Assembly (NCBI GenBank): GCA_958296045.1
Contig: CATQHT010000001.1
Coordinates: 965,395 to 1,029,394 of the forward strand
DNA length: 64,000 nucleotides
From: Rhodothermales bacterium
GTDB taxonomy: Bacteria > Bacteroidota > Rhodothermia > Rhodothermales > Bin80
Direction: 5' to 3'
The position numbers were made by a program, and so were the translations under genes. Numbering within the stretch: the first letter of the stretch is position 1; the number at the start of each line of letters is the position of its first letter. The notes under the pieces were generated by a model. It did not search any database. It saw only the letters and a program-made list of their open reading frames with translations, and had not been told where the DNA came from. Positions 37,610-45,872 of the stretch are shown piece by piece.

Positions 37610-38713
37610 ATGAATCGTCGCCAGTGGCTGCTTGCGAGTGCAGCCGCGCCTCTCGCGCTCCGTCCGATCCTGGCGCGCGCCGCTAAGAAAGGGGTTCGCG
37701 CGGCGCCGGTCCGTCTGCACAGCAATGAGAATCCATACGGACCCTCTCCAGCTGCGCAGGAAGCGATGACCGCTGCCTTCGGTGAATCCAACCTGTATCC
37801 AAGCTCCAAGTACCGGGAGCTGGCATCGCTCATTGCCCAGCGAGAAGGCCTTACGCCTGACCATATCGTACTCGGTGCCGGTTCACACGAAGTGCTTCGC
37901 ATGGCAGCCATGGCTTATGGTCTGGCTGGCGGAGAGCTGGTTACGGCACATCCCACCTTTGAAGGGCTTGGGCGCTATGCTTCGCGTATTGGCACACACG
38001 TACACCAAGTTCCAGTCACCGGCGACTTGATCATGGACCTACCCAGGATGCAGCGGCGCATGACGCAGGCCGTGCAACTGGTGTTTGTGTGCAACCCCAA
38101 CAATCCCACGGGGACCATCACGCCCCACCAGGAACTTCTTCCATTTGTTGCAGAAGCCGCGAAGCGAGCTGTCGTCTTGGTCGATGAAGCCTACTTTGAG
38201 CTGGTTGCTGACCCGGCATTCGCCACCATGGTGCCACTCGTCAAAGAGGGGCGCAACGTAATCGTCTCGCGGACCTTTTCGAAAGTCTACGGGCTGGCAG
38301 GCCTCAGGGTCGGCTACGCGCTGGCACGCCCAGATATCGCCTCCCGACTGAGGGGATTTCGCACCGACAACAGCATTAGCATCATCGGGTTGCGCGCAGC
38401 GATTGCCGCCTACCAGGATCCAGCATTTGTCACATGGAGCCGCGACACGATAGCAGCTGAACGAGAGGCCATTGTTCGCAAACTCACTAACTGGGGGCAC
38501 CGTAGCGTCCCATCACAGACAAACTTCATCTTTTTCCACCTTGGACGGCCCATAGGTGCGTTTCAGGAGGCCATGGCGGCAAAGGGAATTCTCGTAGGTC
38601 GGCCGTTTCCCCCGTATATGGATTGGTGCCGCCTCAGTATCGGCACTCCAGAGAATATGCAGGCCTTCTCGGATGCATTTGAAGAGGTGATGAGCACGCC
38701 CTCTTCTGACTGA
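37610..38713 (+). CDS. class-II PLP aminotransferase (histidinol-phosphate aminotransferase-like) with Tat signal
   Basis: MNRRQWLLASAAAPLALRPILARAA twin-arginine signal. VRLHSNENPYGPSP, FVCNPNNPTG, VLVDEAYFE and SRTFSKVYGLAGLRVGY (PLP-lysine region) match HisC-type enzymes. Confidence 0.8.
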   Translation: MNRRQWLLASAAAPLALRPILARAAKKGVRAAPVRLHSNENPYGPSPAAQEAMTAAFGESNLYPSSKYRELASLIAQREGLTPDHIVLGAGSHEVLRMAAMAYGLAGGELVTAHPTFEGLGRYASRIGTHVHQVPVTGDLIMDLPRMQRRMTQAVQLVFVCNPNNPTGTITPHQELLPFVAEAAKRAVVLVDEAYFELVADPAFATMVPLVKEGRNVIVSRTFSKVYGLAGLRVGYALARPDIASRLRGFRTDNSISIIGLRAAIAAYQDPAFVTWSRDTIAAEREAIVRKLTNWGHRSVPSQTNFIFFHLGRPIGAFQEAMAAKGILVGRPFPPYMDWCRLSIGTPENMQAFSDAFEEVMSTPSSD

Positions 38714-38724
38714 TCCGTCGCACC

Positions 38725-39495
38725 TTGGCTGCACCGCCGCGCTTCCATAAGCCGTTGCAATTGCGCACTGCTGGCACCTTTGTCCTGGTTGCAGTGGCAC
38801 TAATGCTGGCTGCGCCTATACCCGACACCGGGTTCCGATTTGTGCGTGTCCGCTACGAAAGCCATCCCGGGTTGCGCCCCAATGCTTGGGCTACGGACTA
38901 TCCTACCGCCGAGCTCAACCTCCACGAAGCAATAGACCGTACCACCTTGCTGACGCTCGAGGGGGCACCCATCGTGCTGGATCTGACCGATCAACGCATC
39001 TTCGACTATCCTGTGCTGTACCTCACCGAGCCTGGCTACTGGCAGACCAGCGAAGAAGAGGTTGCAGCATTGCGCAAGTACCTCGACCGAGGTGGCTTTC
39101 TGATTATCGACGACTTTCACGACTATGGACGAGGCCGGTTCGGGCCACAATGGAACAACATGTACAACAACATCAAGCGTGTGTACCCCGAACGGGAACC
39201 CGTGGAGATGGATGCTGCGCACCCGATCTGGTCGATCTACTACGATATTGATCCCGATGCCGCCATTTCAACCAAGAACGGTTTTGGCCGCTGGGGCCGG
39301 GGCATGCGATTTGGGCCAATGGACGATGTGTACTATGGCATCACCGACAGTAAGGATCGCCTCACCATCGTGATCTGTTACAATCAGGACATCGGTGATG
39401 GCTGGGAATGGCCCGGCGGACGCAACCTGGGCACGGCATCCACGGTCAGCTTCCAGATGGCTATCAACTTCATTTTCTGGGCACTTACGCACTAA
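38725..39495 (+). CDS. DUF4159-like protein
   Basis: FRFVRVRYES...WATDYPTAELNL...YPVLYLTEPGYWQTSEEEVAALRKYLDRGGFLIIDDFH follows the DUF4159 pattern as I recall it. TTG start as listed. Confidence 0.6.
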   Translation: MAAPPRFHKPLQLRTAGTFVLVAVALMLAAPIPDTGFRFVRVRYESHPGLRPNAWATDYPTAELNLHEAIDRTTLLTLEGAPIVLDLTDQRIFDYPVLYLTEPGYWQTSEEEVAALRKYLDRGGFLIIDDFHDYGRGRFGPQWNNMYNNIKRVYPEREPVEMDAAHPIWSIYYDIDPDAAISTKNGFGRWGRGMRFGPMDDVYYGITDSKDRLTIVICYNQDIGDGWEWPGGRNLGTASTVSFQMAINFIFWALTH

Positions 39496-39538
39496 GGAGC
39501 GCAACCAACCCCGAGGGGTTATTCCACGACGATAAGAG

Positions 39539-40027
39539 TCACTGCCGACAGAATGGCAGGTCGTACGAGATCTGCCGGTAGTCTGCGAAGAGCGCTGGCA
39601 GCCTGTGCGTGCCCGGTGTCTGGCTCAGAAAGGCTTCGGCATGCCCGCCTCCGAAGTGCACATGTTTGGAATCCGTAAGAATCAAAAAATGGGGATCCGG
39701 CAAAGAAGCGGTGTCGACAAGGAGGTGATGTTACCCGGCAGCCTCCATTCTCACGCCCGCGGGCGCCACCCTCATACCCTCAAGCCCGAAAACTACCTTT
39801 ACATCGCCGCCGCTGAGCGGGTCTCCGTCTTCGGGCGGAATAGAGTACACGCGTGCGGCTTCAAGGGCAGCGGTACGCCCCTGAGTGTCCTCCGCCTCGC
39901 TAGGCTCAGGTGTGTCAGCCTCTGGACGGCAGGCGGCCGCCAACAGGAGCAGGGCTATAAGGAGGGTGAGCAAATGGCTGAGACTCGCTTGCAGGTTGGC
40001 TGCCGCACGGGTACATCTTTTGGGCAT
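39539..40027 (-). pseudogene. DUF4399-like lipoprotein gene with an in-frame TAA
   Basis: Lipoprotein signal LLIALLLLAAAC. The frame stays the same across TAA (39731-39733): ..MRVAPAGVRMEAAG*HHLLVDT...KHVHFGGGHAEAF..PGTH.. matches the DUF4399 pattern (vaPAG...GHHHLliD...HFGgGqTe..L.pG.H). The stop sits at the first His of that motif. 489 nt, a multiple of 3. Confidence 0.5.
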
Positions 40028-40115
40028 TCGCCTTGGGGTTCATTGCCGCGTGCGGTACAATCAGCGGCTATCCGCGTATATCCCGCGCACCTTTATGACC
40101 TGATGCGGCCCAATC

Positions 40116-40601
40116 TTGCCATTGACGTTTACCACGACCAGTCCCAACGACACACTGGCGCTAGGCGCCAGGATCGGCCGACTGCTTCCACCATGCGCAG
40201 TTATAGGCCTAGACGGCCCACTGGCGGCTGGTAAGACGTGGATGGCCAAGGGCATCGTGCAGGGTCTGGGGCCAATAGACACTACGATGATCAAGAGCCC
40301 AGCGTACAACCTTATCCATGAGTACCGGCTTGAGGCCAGTAGGGGTCGGGTCTATCATCTTGACTTTTACCGTCTGGAACACCTGTCCGACGCCGATAAG
40401 CACCTGTTCAGCGAGGTTTTGGAGGATCGACCGGCCATAAGCATTGTGGAGTGGGCGTCCAAATTCTTAGATCAGCTGGTGCCCGGTTACCTTTCGATTG
40501 TGCTTGCGAGATCCGGCACGCCTTCATGCAGGACTATTCAGATTAAGGCGGTCGGCGCGAGCTCCAACTATGAGGAGCTGCTCCAGCGGCTGGCTCGCTG
40601 A
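40116..40601 (+). CDS. tsaE: tRNA t6A37 biosynthesis ATPase TsaE
   Basis: LDGPLAAGKTWMAKGIVQGLG P-loop, SPAYNLIHEY and YHLDFYRLE are canonical YjeE/TsaE blocks. Confidence 0.85.
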   Translation: MPLTFTTTSPNDTLALGARIGRLLPPCAVIGLDGPLAAGKTWMAKGIVQGLGPIDTTMIKSPAYNLIHEYRLEASRGRVYHLDFYRLEHLSDADKHLFSEVLEDRPAISIVEWASKFLDQLVPGYLSIVLARSGTPSCRTIQIKAVGASSNYEELLQRLAR

Positions 40602-41275
40602 TGGCTACGCTATTCTTGGACACTTCGGGCCCCTGCTCTACGGTCGCTGTGATGCGTTCGGGGATGCTCAAGGGTGCCTCGGCGCTATTGGGCCGACCAG
40701 CGGCCCAGGTTCACAATCAGATAAGGTCCGTTCTGGCGTGCACCGGCATCGTGCTGTCAGCGGTGCGGGAGATCGTTGTCGTAACGGGTCCCGGGTCTTG
40801 GACAGGCTTGAATATCGGTGTTACGGCCGCCAAGACGCTAGCACAGATCCAAGGGGTGCCGGTTATTCCCGTGTCGTCGCTTGATACGCTTGTGGCTGGG
40901 CGAAAATGGCGTGAAGGCTCCGTCTGTGCGCTCTTGGGTGCTGGTCGCGGCCGCGCCTATCGGGCATGGTATCGTACAGACGCGACGGGCGACATCCGGC
41001 TGCGCCCGTGCGATGCGGACGCTGTGCCTGTCCCTATCCTGGAAAAGGAGGTGCTCCAAGCCAAGGGACTACCGCTCCTAGTAGAATATGGTAATGGTAC
41101 CACGGCGCGTGCGATGCAAGAGGCACATTGCGTGCACGCACATGCTTTCAGGCTTATGCCCGAGGCGATGGCGCTGGCCGCCGCCCATGTTTCGCCTGTA
41201 CAGGGCCAGGAGTTGCTCGAGCTCGCGCCTGCATATATGCAGCGTTCTATGGCCGAGCGGGACGCTACTCCGTAA
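40601..41275 (+). CDS. tsaB: tRNA t6A37 biosynthesis protein TsaB
   Basis: LFLDTSGP..TVAV N-terminus and VVVTGPGSWTGLNIGVTAAKTLA block typical of YeaZ/TsaB. The start overlaps the tsaE stop. Confidence 0.8.
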   Translation: MATLFLDTSGPCSTVAVMRSGMLKGASALLGRPAAQVHNQIRSVLACTGIVLSAVREIVVVTGPGSWTGLNIGVTAAKTLAQIQGVPVIPVSSLDTLVAGRKWREGSVCALLGAGRGRAYRAWYRTDATGDIRLRPCDADAVPVPILEKEVLQAKGLPLLVEYGNGTTARAMQEAHCVHAHAFRLMPEAMALAAAHVSPVQGQELLELAPAYMQRSMAERDATP

Positions 41276-41281
41276 GCAATC

Positions 41282-42295
41282 ATGTCCATGCTGGTCCTTG
41301 GAATAGATACCACCTGTGACGACACCAGCGCAGCAGTGGTTCGAAGCGGGCAGACCATCCTGTCCAACGTCATCGCATCGCAGTATGCTGCGCACGAAGC
41401 CTTTGGAGGCGTTGTGCCGATGATAGCCGCCAGGGAGCATGCGCGGCAAATCAGTTTTGTCATCCAAGCCGCACTAGATAAAGCCGAAGTCAGATTCAGC
41501 GACCTGGATGCGGTGGCCGTCTCCTGCGATCAAGGATTGCTTCTGGCGCTCGTGGTCGGCGTCTCCGCAGCGAAATCTGTTGCCTTAGCCTGCAACATTC
41601 CCTTGATTGGCATTCACCACCTAGAAGGCCACATCTGTTCTGTGTTGATGGGAGAGGGTCCCGGCCCGGCGTTTCCCTTCCTTTGTCTGACGGTAGCGGG
41701 CGGTCACACGCTCCTTGTGCGCGTAGAGGACCATGGGCAATATGAAGTGGTGGGAAGCACGCGGGACGATGCTGCTGGAGAAGCGCTTGACAAGATTGCC
41801 CGTAGGCTCGGGCTCGGCTACCCAGGTGGCGCGGCTATTGAGCGTGTGGCCGCCAATGGTGATGCCACGGCCTTCGCGCTGCCCCGCCCCATGATTCGCC
41901 AGAAGACGCTGGACTTCAGTTTCAGTGGCTTGAAGACGGCGGTTGTGCGAGTGATGGATGAGCACCCAGACTTGTGCGTAGCAGACCTCTGCGCCAGCTT
42001 TCAGCAGGCCGTGGTCGATACGCTGGTGATCAAAACCATGCGCGCGGCGCGCCAGACTAGCCTGACACGCATCGCGCTGGCTGGCGGTGTGGCCCTTAAC
42101 AGTCTGCTGCGCAAGACATTCAAGAAAGCCGCAGACCGCGCCGGATTACAAGCCTTTCTCGCCCCTCGGGCGTTATGCGCCGACAATGGAGCCATGGTGG
42201 CTGGCGCTGGATATTTCCTGTATCGAGAGCGCGGCGCGGATCCGCTCACTATTGAAACCCGTGCTAACGCCCCCCTTGGTCGCCTCTCGGTATAA
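41282..42295 (+). CDS. tsaD: tRNA N6-adenosine threonylcarbamoyltransferase TsaD
   Basis: VLGIDTTCDDTSAAVV, GIHHLEGHI, LTVAGGHT, DEAAGEALDKIARRLGLGYPGG, ALAGGVALN. Confidence 0.95.
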   Translation: MSMLVLGIDTTCDDTSAAVVRSGQTILSNVIASQYAAHEAFGGVVPMIAAREHARQISFVIQAALDKAEVRFSDLDAVAVSCDQGLLLALVVGVSAAKSVALACNIPLIGIHHLEGHICSVLMGEGPGPAFPFLCLTVAGGHTLLVRVEDHGQYEVVGSTRDDAAGEALDKIARRLGLGYPGGAAIERVAANGDATAFALPRPMIRQKTLDFSFSGLKTAVVRVMDEHPDLCVADLCASFQQAVVDTLVIKTMRAARQTSLTRIALAGGVALNSLLRKTFKKAADRAGLQAFLAPRALCADNGAMVAGAGYFLYRERGADPLTIETRANAPLGRLSV

Positions 42296-42317
42296 CTGGG
42301 ACTACGGGTCGCATTCC

Positions 42318-43808
42318 TCAGGGATGCGTTGCGGCGAAGTACGGCTTCAGATGCTGGTAAAGCGACGCAAATCGGCTGTGCAGTGCCTGGTATCTGATCT
42401 GATTGGCGCCAGGACGGGTCGGTTCCCCTGTACGCACGATACTCTGGCAGGCTGCAGAAACATCAGGCCACCAGCGCAGGCCTACGCTGGCGGCGATGGC
42501 CGCTCCGAGTGCAGCCCCTTCTGTGACGTTCGCAGGAATCAGGTCTACCCCCAGCACATCGGCCAGAATCTGGCGCCATACCTCGCTTTTGGCGCCGCCT
42601 CCCGAAAGGCGCAGCTCTACTGGTGGTGGCAGACCGGCCTCTTGTAAAAACGTCAGGTTATCTTTGAGACCGAATGCTACGCCTTCAAGGACGGCGCGCG
42701 TCAAATGGGCATACGTATGACGGCGAGTCAGCCCAACGAAAGAGCCGGTAGCATGGGGATCCGCATGCGGGGTGCGCTCACCGGTTAGGTAGGGCAAGAA
42801 CACCAGACCCTCGCTCCCGGGCGCGACACCATTCGCCAATGAAAAGATGCTATTATAGTTTTGGCCATCTGCCACCGTGTCGCGGTACCATGCAAGGCTT
42901 CCGGCGGCGGATAGCATCACGCCCATTATGTGCCATAATCGTGGCACCGCGTGTGGAAATGCGTGGGCTCGCCCCTGATGGGCTGTTCGCGGCTGAGCGC
43001 ATGGCGCAAAGACCACGCCGGAGGTCCCGAGCGTCAGCGCCCACGTTTGTGGTGTAACTGCACCCACTCCCACTGCCTGTGCAGCCTGGTCGCCTGCACC
43101 AGCGAAAATCGGCGTGCCCGCCACTAGCCCTGTCGCTTCTGCAGCAGGTCGGGTGACCGTCCCGGTCACTGCGGTGCCTTCATAGGTAGGAGGAAGCCAT
43201 CTTAAAGGAATCTCAAGTCTCTCAATTATTTCCTTCGACCAATCACGCTCCGCTAGGTCAAGCAGAAGCGTTCCACCAGCGCCGGCTTTGTCCGTGGCAT
43301 AGGTCCCGCTCAGGCAGTAGCGTATGTAGTCTTTAGGGAGAAGAATCTGGTGCACTTGGCGATACACATCGGGCTCATGGTCACGTACCCACAAGACTTT
43401 CGGCGCAGTAAACCCAGCAAATGCATCATTGCCAGTAATCTTTACTAGGCGTTCTAGGCCAATCAGTGCTCGTATTCGGTCGCATTGTGCCGTAGACCGT
43501 CCGTCATTCCAGAGCATAGCCGGGCGCAGCACTATTCCTCCTTTACCCAGCATCACTAGGCCATGCATCTGGCCCGTCAGGCTCACGCCAACGACCCATG
43601 CGGGGTGCGTACCGGAAGCCGCGAGTACGTCCTGAATACATGTCTGCGTCGCGTGCCACCAATCCTGGGGGTCTTGCTCACTCCAAAGGGGGTGCGGCAT
43701 CGAATGATCGTGCGGTGCTGATGCGGTGCCAGCCACCTTACCGTCATGGCGCAAAAGAAGTGCCTTCGAGGCGGTGGTGGAGACGTCAAGTCCTAGGATG
43801 TATGGCAT
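42318..43808 (-). CDS. xylB: xylulokinase (FGGY family)
   Basis: MPYILGLDVSTTASKALLL, TGQMHGLVML...LRPAMLWNDGRS, GAGDQAAQAVGVG, LSGGGAKSEVWRQILADV. The listed ORF (to 43991) has an implausible 61-aa leader, so ATG 43808 is preferred. Confidence 0.85.
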   Translation of the reverse strand: MPYILGLDVSTTASKALLLRHDGKVAGTASAPHDHSMPHPLWSEQDPQDWWHATQTCIQDVLAASGTHPAWVVGVSLTGQMHGLVMLGKGGIVLRPAMLWNDGRSTAQCDRIRALIGLERLVKITGNDAFAGFTAPKVLWVRDHEPDVYRQVHQILLPKDYIRYCLSGTYATDKAGAGGTLLLDLAERDWSKEIIERLEIPLRWLPPTYEGTAVTGTVTRPAAEATGLVAGTPIFAGAGDQAAQAVGVGAVTPQTWALTLGTSGVVFAPCAQPRTAHQGRAHAFPHAVPRLWHIMGVMLSAAGSLAWYRDTVADGQNYNSIFSLANGVAPGSEGLVFLPYLTGERTPHADPHATGSFVGLTRRHTYAHLTRAVLEGVAFGLKDNLTFLQEAGLPPPVELRLSGGGAKSEVWRQILADVLGVDLIPANVTEGAALGAAIAASVGLRWWPDVSAACQSIVRTGEPTRPGANQIRYQALHSRFASLYQHLKPYFAATHP

Positions 43809-43943
43809 AAGAGGGAGCACGACCATTTGAAGAGTCGTCAAATTTACGTCACGTACCGCTTCGCCCGGCAGCCGTTGCCGTTTACCAAGCGGCCGATTCC
43901 GTACCTTGCTGCTACCAGTTATTCGCAGTGTTTGCAGCTCTTC

Positions 43944-45443
43944 GTGTCGTCGAGTAATCCGTATTCGGCCCCTGGATATTCCGTACGCCAAAAGGCTGGG
44001 CTAATTCTAGGGCCGTTGTGGCTGGTCGCCTCGCAGGTGATCCCTGCGCCAGACGGGCTTAGCCTGGACGGGTGGACGACTGCTGGTATCGCCCTGTTCA
44101 TGGTGACCTGGTGGATTTCGGAGGCCATTCCGATTCCTGCCACCTCGCTATTACCGCTGGTGCTCTTCCCGCTCATGGGTGCTGGACCCATAGGAGAAAT
44201 CGCCGCTCCGTACGCGCACCAGCTCATTTTCCTGTTTGTTGGCGGGTTGCTGATCGCTACCGCCATGGTGCGCTGGAATCTGCACCGCCGTTTGGCCTTG
44301 CACATCATCCAGAAGGTGGGGACGAGTCCGCGGGCGCTGATTCTCGGATCTATGGTCGCCACCGCATTCTTGAGCATGTGGGTAAGCAACACGGCGACCG
44401 CGGTCATGATGCTTCCCGTCGCGCTTTCGGTGATTGCATTGGCGGAGGCATCGACCGACAAGTCCAAGCACCAGCGCTTCGCCCTCGTCCTGCTATTGTG
44501 CGTGGCCTATGGCGCCAACATTGGCGGCATGGGGACACTTATCGGCACTCCGCCCAACGCCTTTATGGCTGCCTTTTTTGAGAGCGAGTTTGGTGTTGAG
44601 ATCTCTTTTGCTCGCTGGCTGGTGGTGGGTGTACCGTTGGTGGCCATCGGAATCCCACTCACCTACCTAGCGCTGACCAGGGTGGTGTATCCGATTGATA
44701 TGACCACCATCGTGGGTACCGGAATTCTGATCGATGAGGAGATTGCTAAGGCTGGTCCCATCACTCGCGGCGAGCGGGTTACGGCTCTCGTTTTCTTGTG
44801 TACCGCGCTGCTGTGGATTACGCGGCCTCTTCTGGCGCCTCTGGTGCCTGGTCTGTCCGATTCCGGCATCGCGATGCTGGGTGGGTTGGCCCTGTTTGTT
44901 ATCCCTGTTGACCTTCGCAAAGGCCAGTTCGCTCATTCTTGGGAGGCCGCCAACAAGATGCCTTGGGGCACTATTCTTCTTTTTGGTGGTGGGCTCAGTC
45001 TAGCGGCGTCGATGTCCAGGACTGGGCTTGCCGACTGGATAGGCAACTCTCTGACATTCGTGGACCTACTCCCCACCTTGCTCGTGATTCTCGTTATTGC
45101 GGGTATCATAGTGTTTCTGACGGAGCTTACCAGTAACTCCGCTACCACGGCCACTTTCCTACCAATCCTTGCTGCATTGGCAATTGGCATGGGAGAGGAT
45201 CCGCGGCTTTTGGCTATTCCTGCGGTTCTGGCTGCTAGCTGTGCCTTTATGCTCCCGGTAGCCACCCCGCCCAATGCCATTGTCCATGGGAGCGAACGTG
45301 TTCCGATTGCTTCGATGGCCCGCGCTGGACTTGTGCTCAATGTAGTGTTTCTTATGCTTGTCACTGTCGTCGGCTACGTGCTGGCGGCATGGGTGTTTGG
45401 CATCCAGGTGGGTGTCATGCCGGGGTGGGCGGGTATGCCTTGA
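43944..45443 (+). CDS. DASS/SLC13-family sodium-coupled anion (di/tricarboxylate or sulfate) symporter
   Basis: Polytopic membrane protein with blocks MVTWWISEAIPIPATSLLPLVLFPL, MWVSNTATAVMMLP, GGMGTLIGTPPN and FMLPVATPPNAIV. The start is uncertain; GTG 43944 avoids overlap with xylB, while the listed ORF starts at 43827. Confidence 0.8.
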   Translation: MSSSNPYSAPGYSVRQKAGLILGPLWLVASQVIPAPDGLSLDGWTTAGIALFMVTWWISEAIPIPATSLLPLVLFPLMGAGPIGEIAAPYAHQLIFLFVGGLLIATAMVRWNLHRRLALHIIQKVGTSPRALILGSMVATAFLSMWVSNTATAVMMLPVALSVIALAEASTDKSKHQRFALVLLLCVAYGANIGGMGTLIGTPPNAFMAAFFESEFGVEISFARWLVVGVPLVAIGIPLTYLALTRVVYPIDMTTIVGTGILIDEEIAKAGPITRGERVTALVFLCTALLWITRPLLAPLVPGLSDSGIAMLGGLALFVIPVDLRKGQFAHSWEAANKMPWGTILLFGGGLSLAASMSRTGLADWIGNSLTFVDLLPTLLVILVIAGIIVFLTELTSNSATTATFLPILAALAIGMGEDPRLLAIPAVLAASCAFMLPVATPPNAIVHGSERVPIASMARAGLVLNVVFLMLVTVVGYVLAAWVFGIQVGVMPGWAGMP

Positions 45444-45872
45444 GGGTTGTGCCATCGCGGCGCACGGAATGTGCCAACTGTATTGAGTAGCATCGAGAAA
45501 TCAATCAGTGTACCGAAGGAGCACGGCTGGCTGGCTATGCAGTCGGCGGACTCCGTGCGCTATGCGGTCATTGGAGGCTCCCTGTTGAGCTGCCGCAGCG
45601 TAGGAGGATCCGCTGGAAGGACAATCTCGATGGTGGTGTGGACGTGTGTCGATTCCAAATCGGCCTCTCATCCAGAAAGGACTGTATTAGCCGTCAGCCT
45701 GGCAAGTGCTGCGGGCTAGGTCGTGGCGCGCAGTTTCGGCTGAATCGGCAGATATTGTCTTGCCCTCCGGCGTCACCCTGCCAAGGATCTGGCGAGATGA
45801 TTGCATGTGATTGGGGCCAGCCGTGTATTCTTTATAGGTACTTCACCATCTCTTGGATTCCGCGATTTGCGT

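Noticed and set aside
39605-40234. 209-aa plus-strand ORF.
   Set aside because: It is Arg/Gly-rich with no motifs. It overlaps the minus-strand DUF4399-like lipoprotein frame and the tsaE start.
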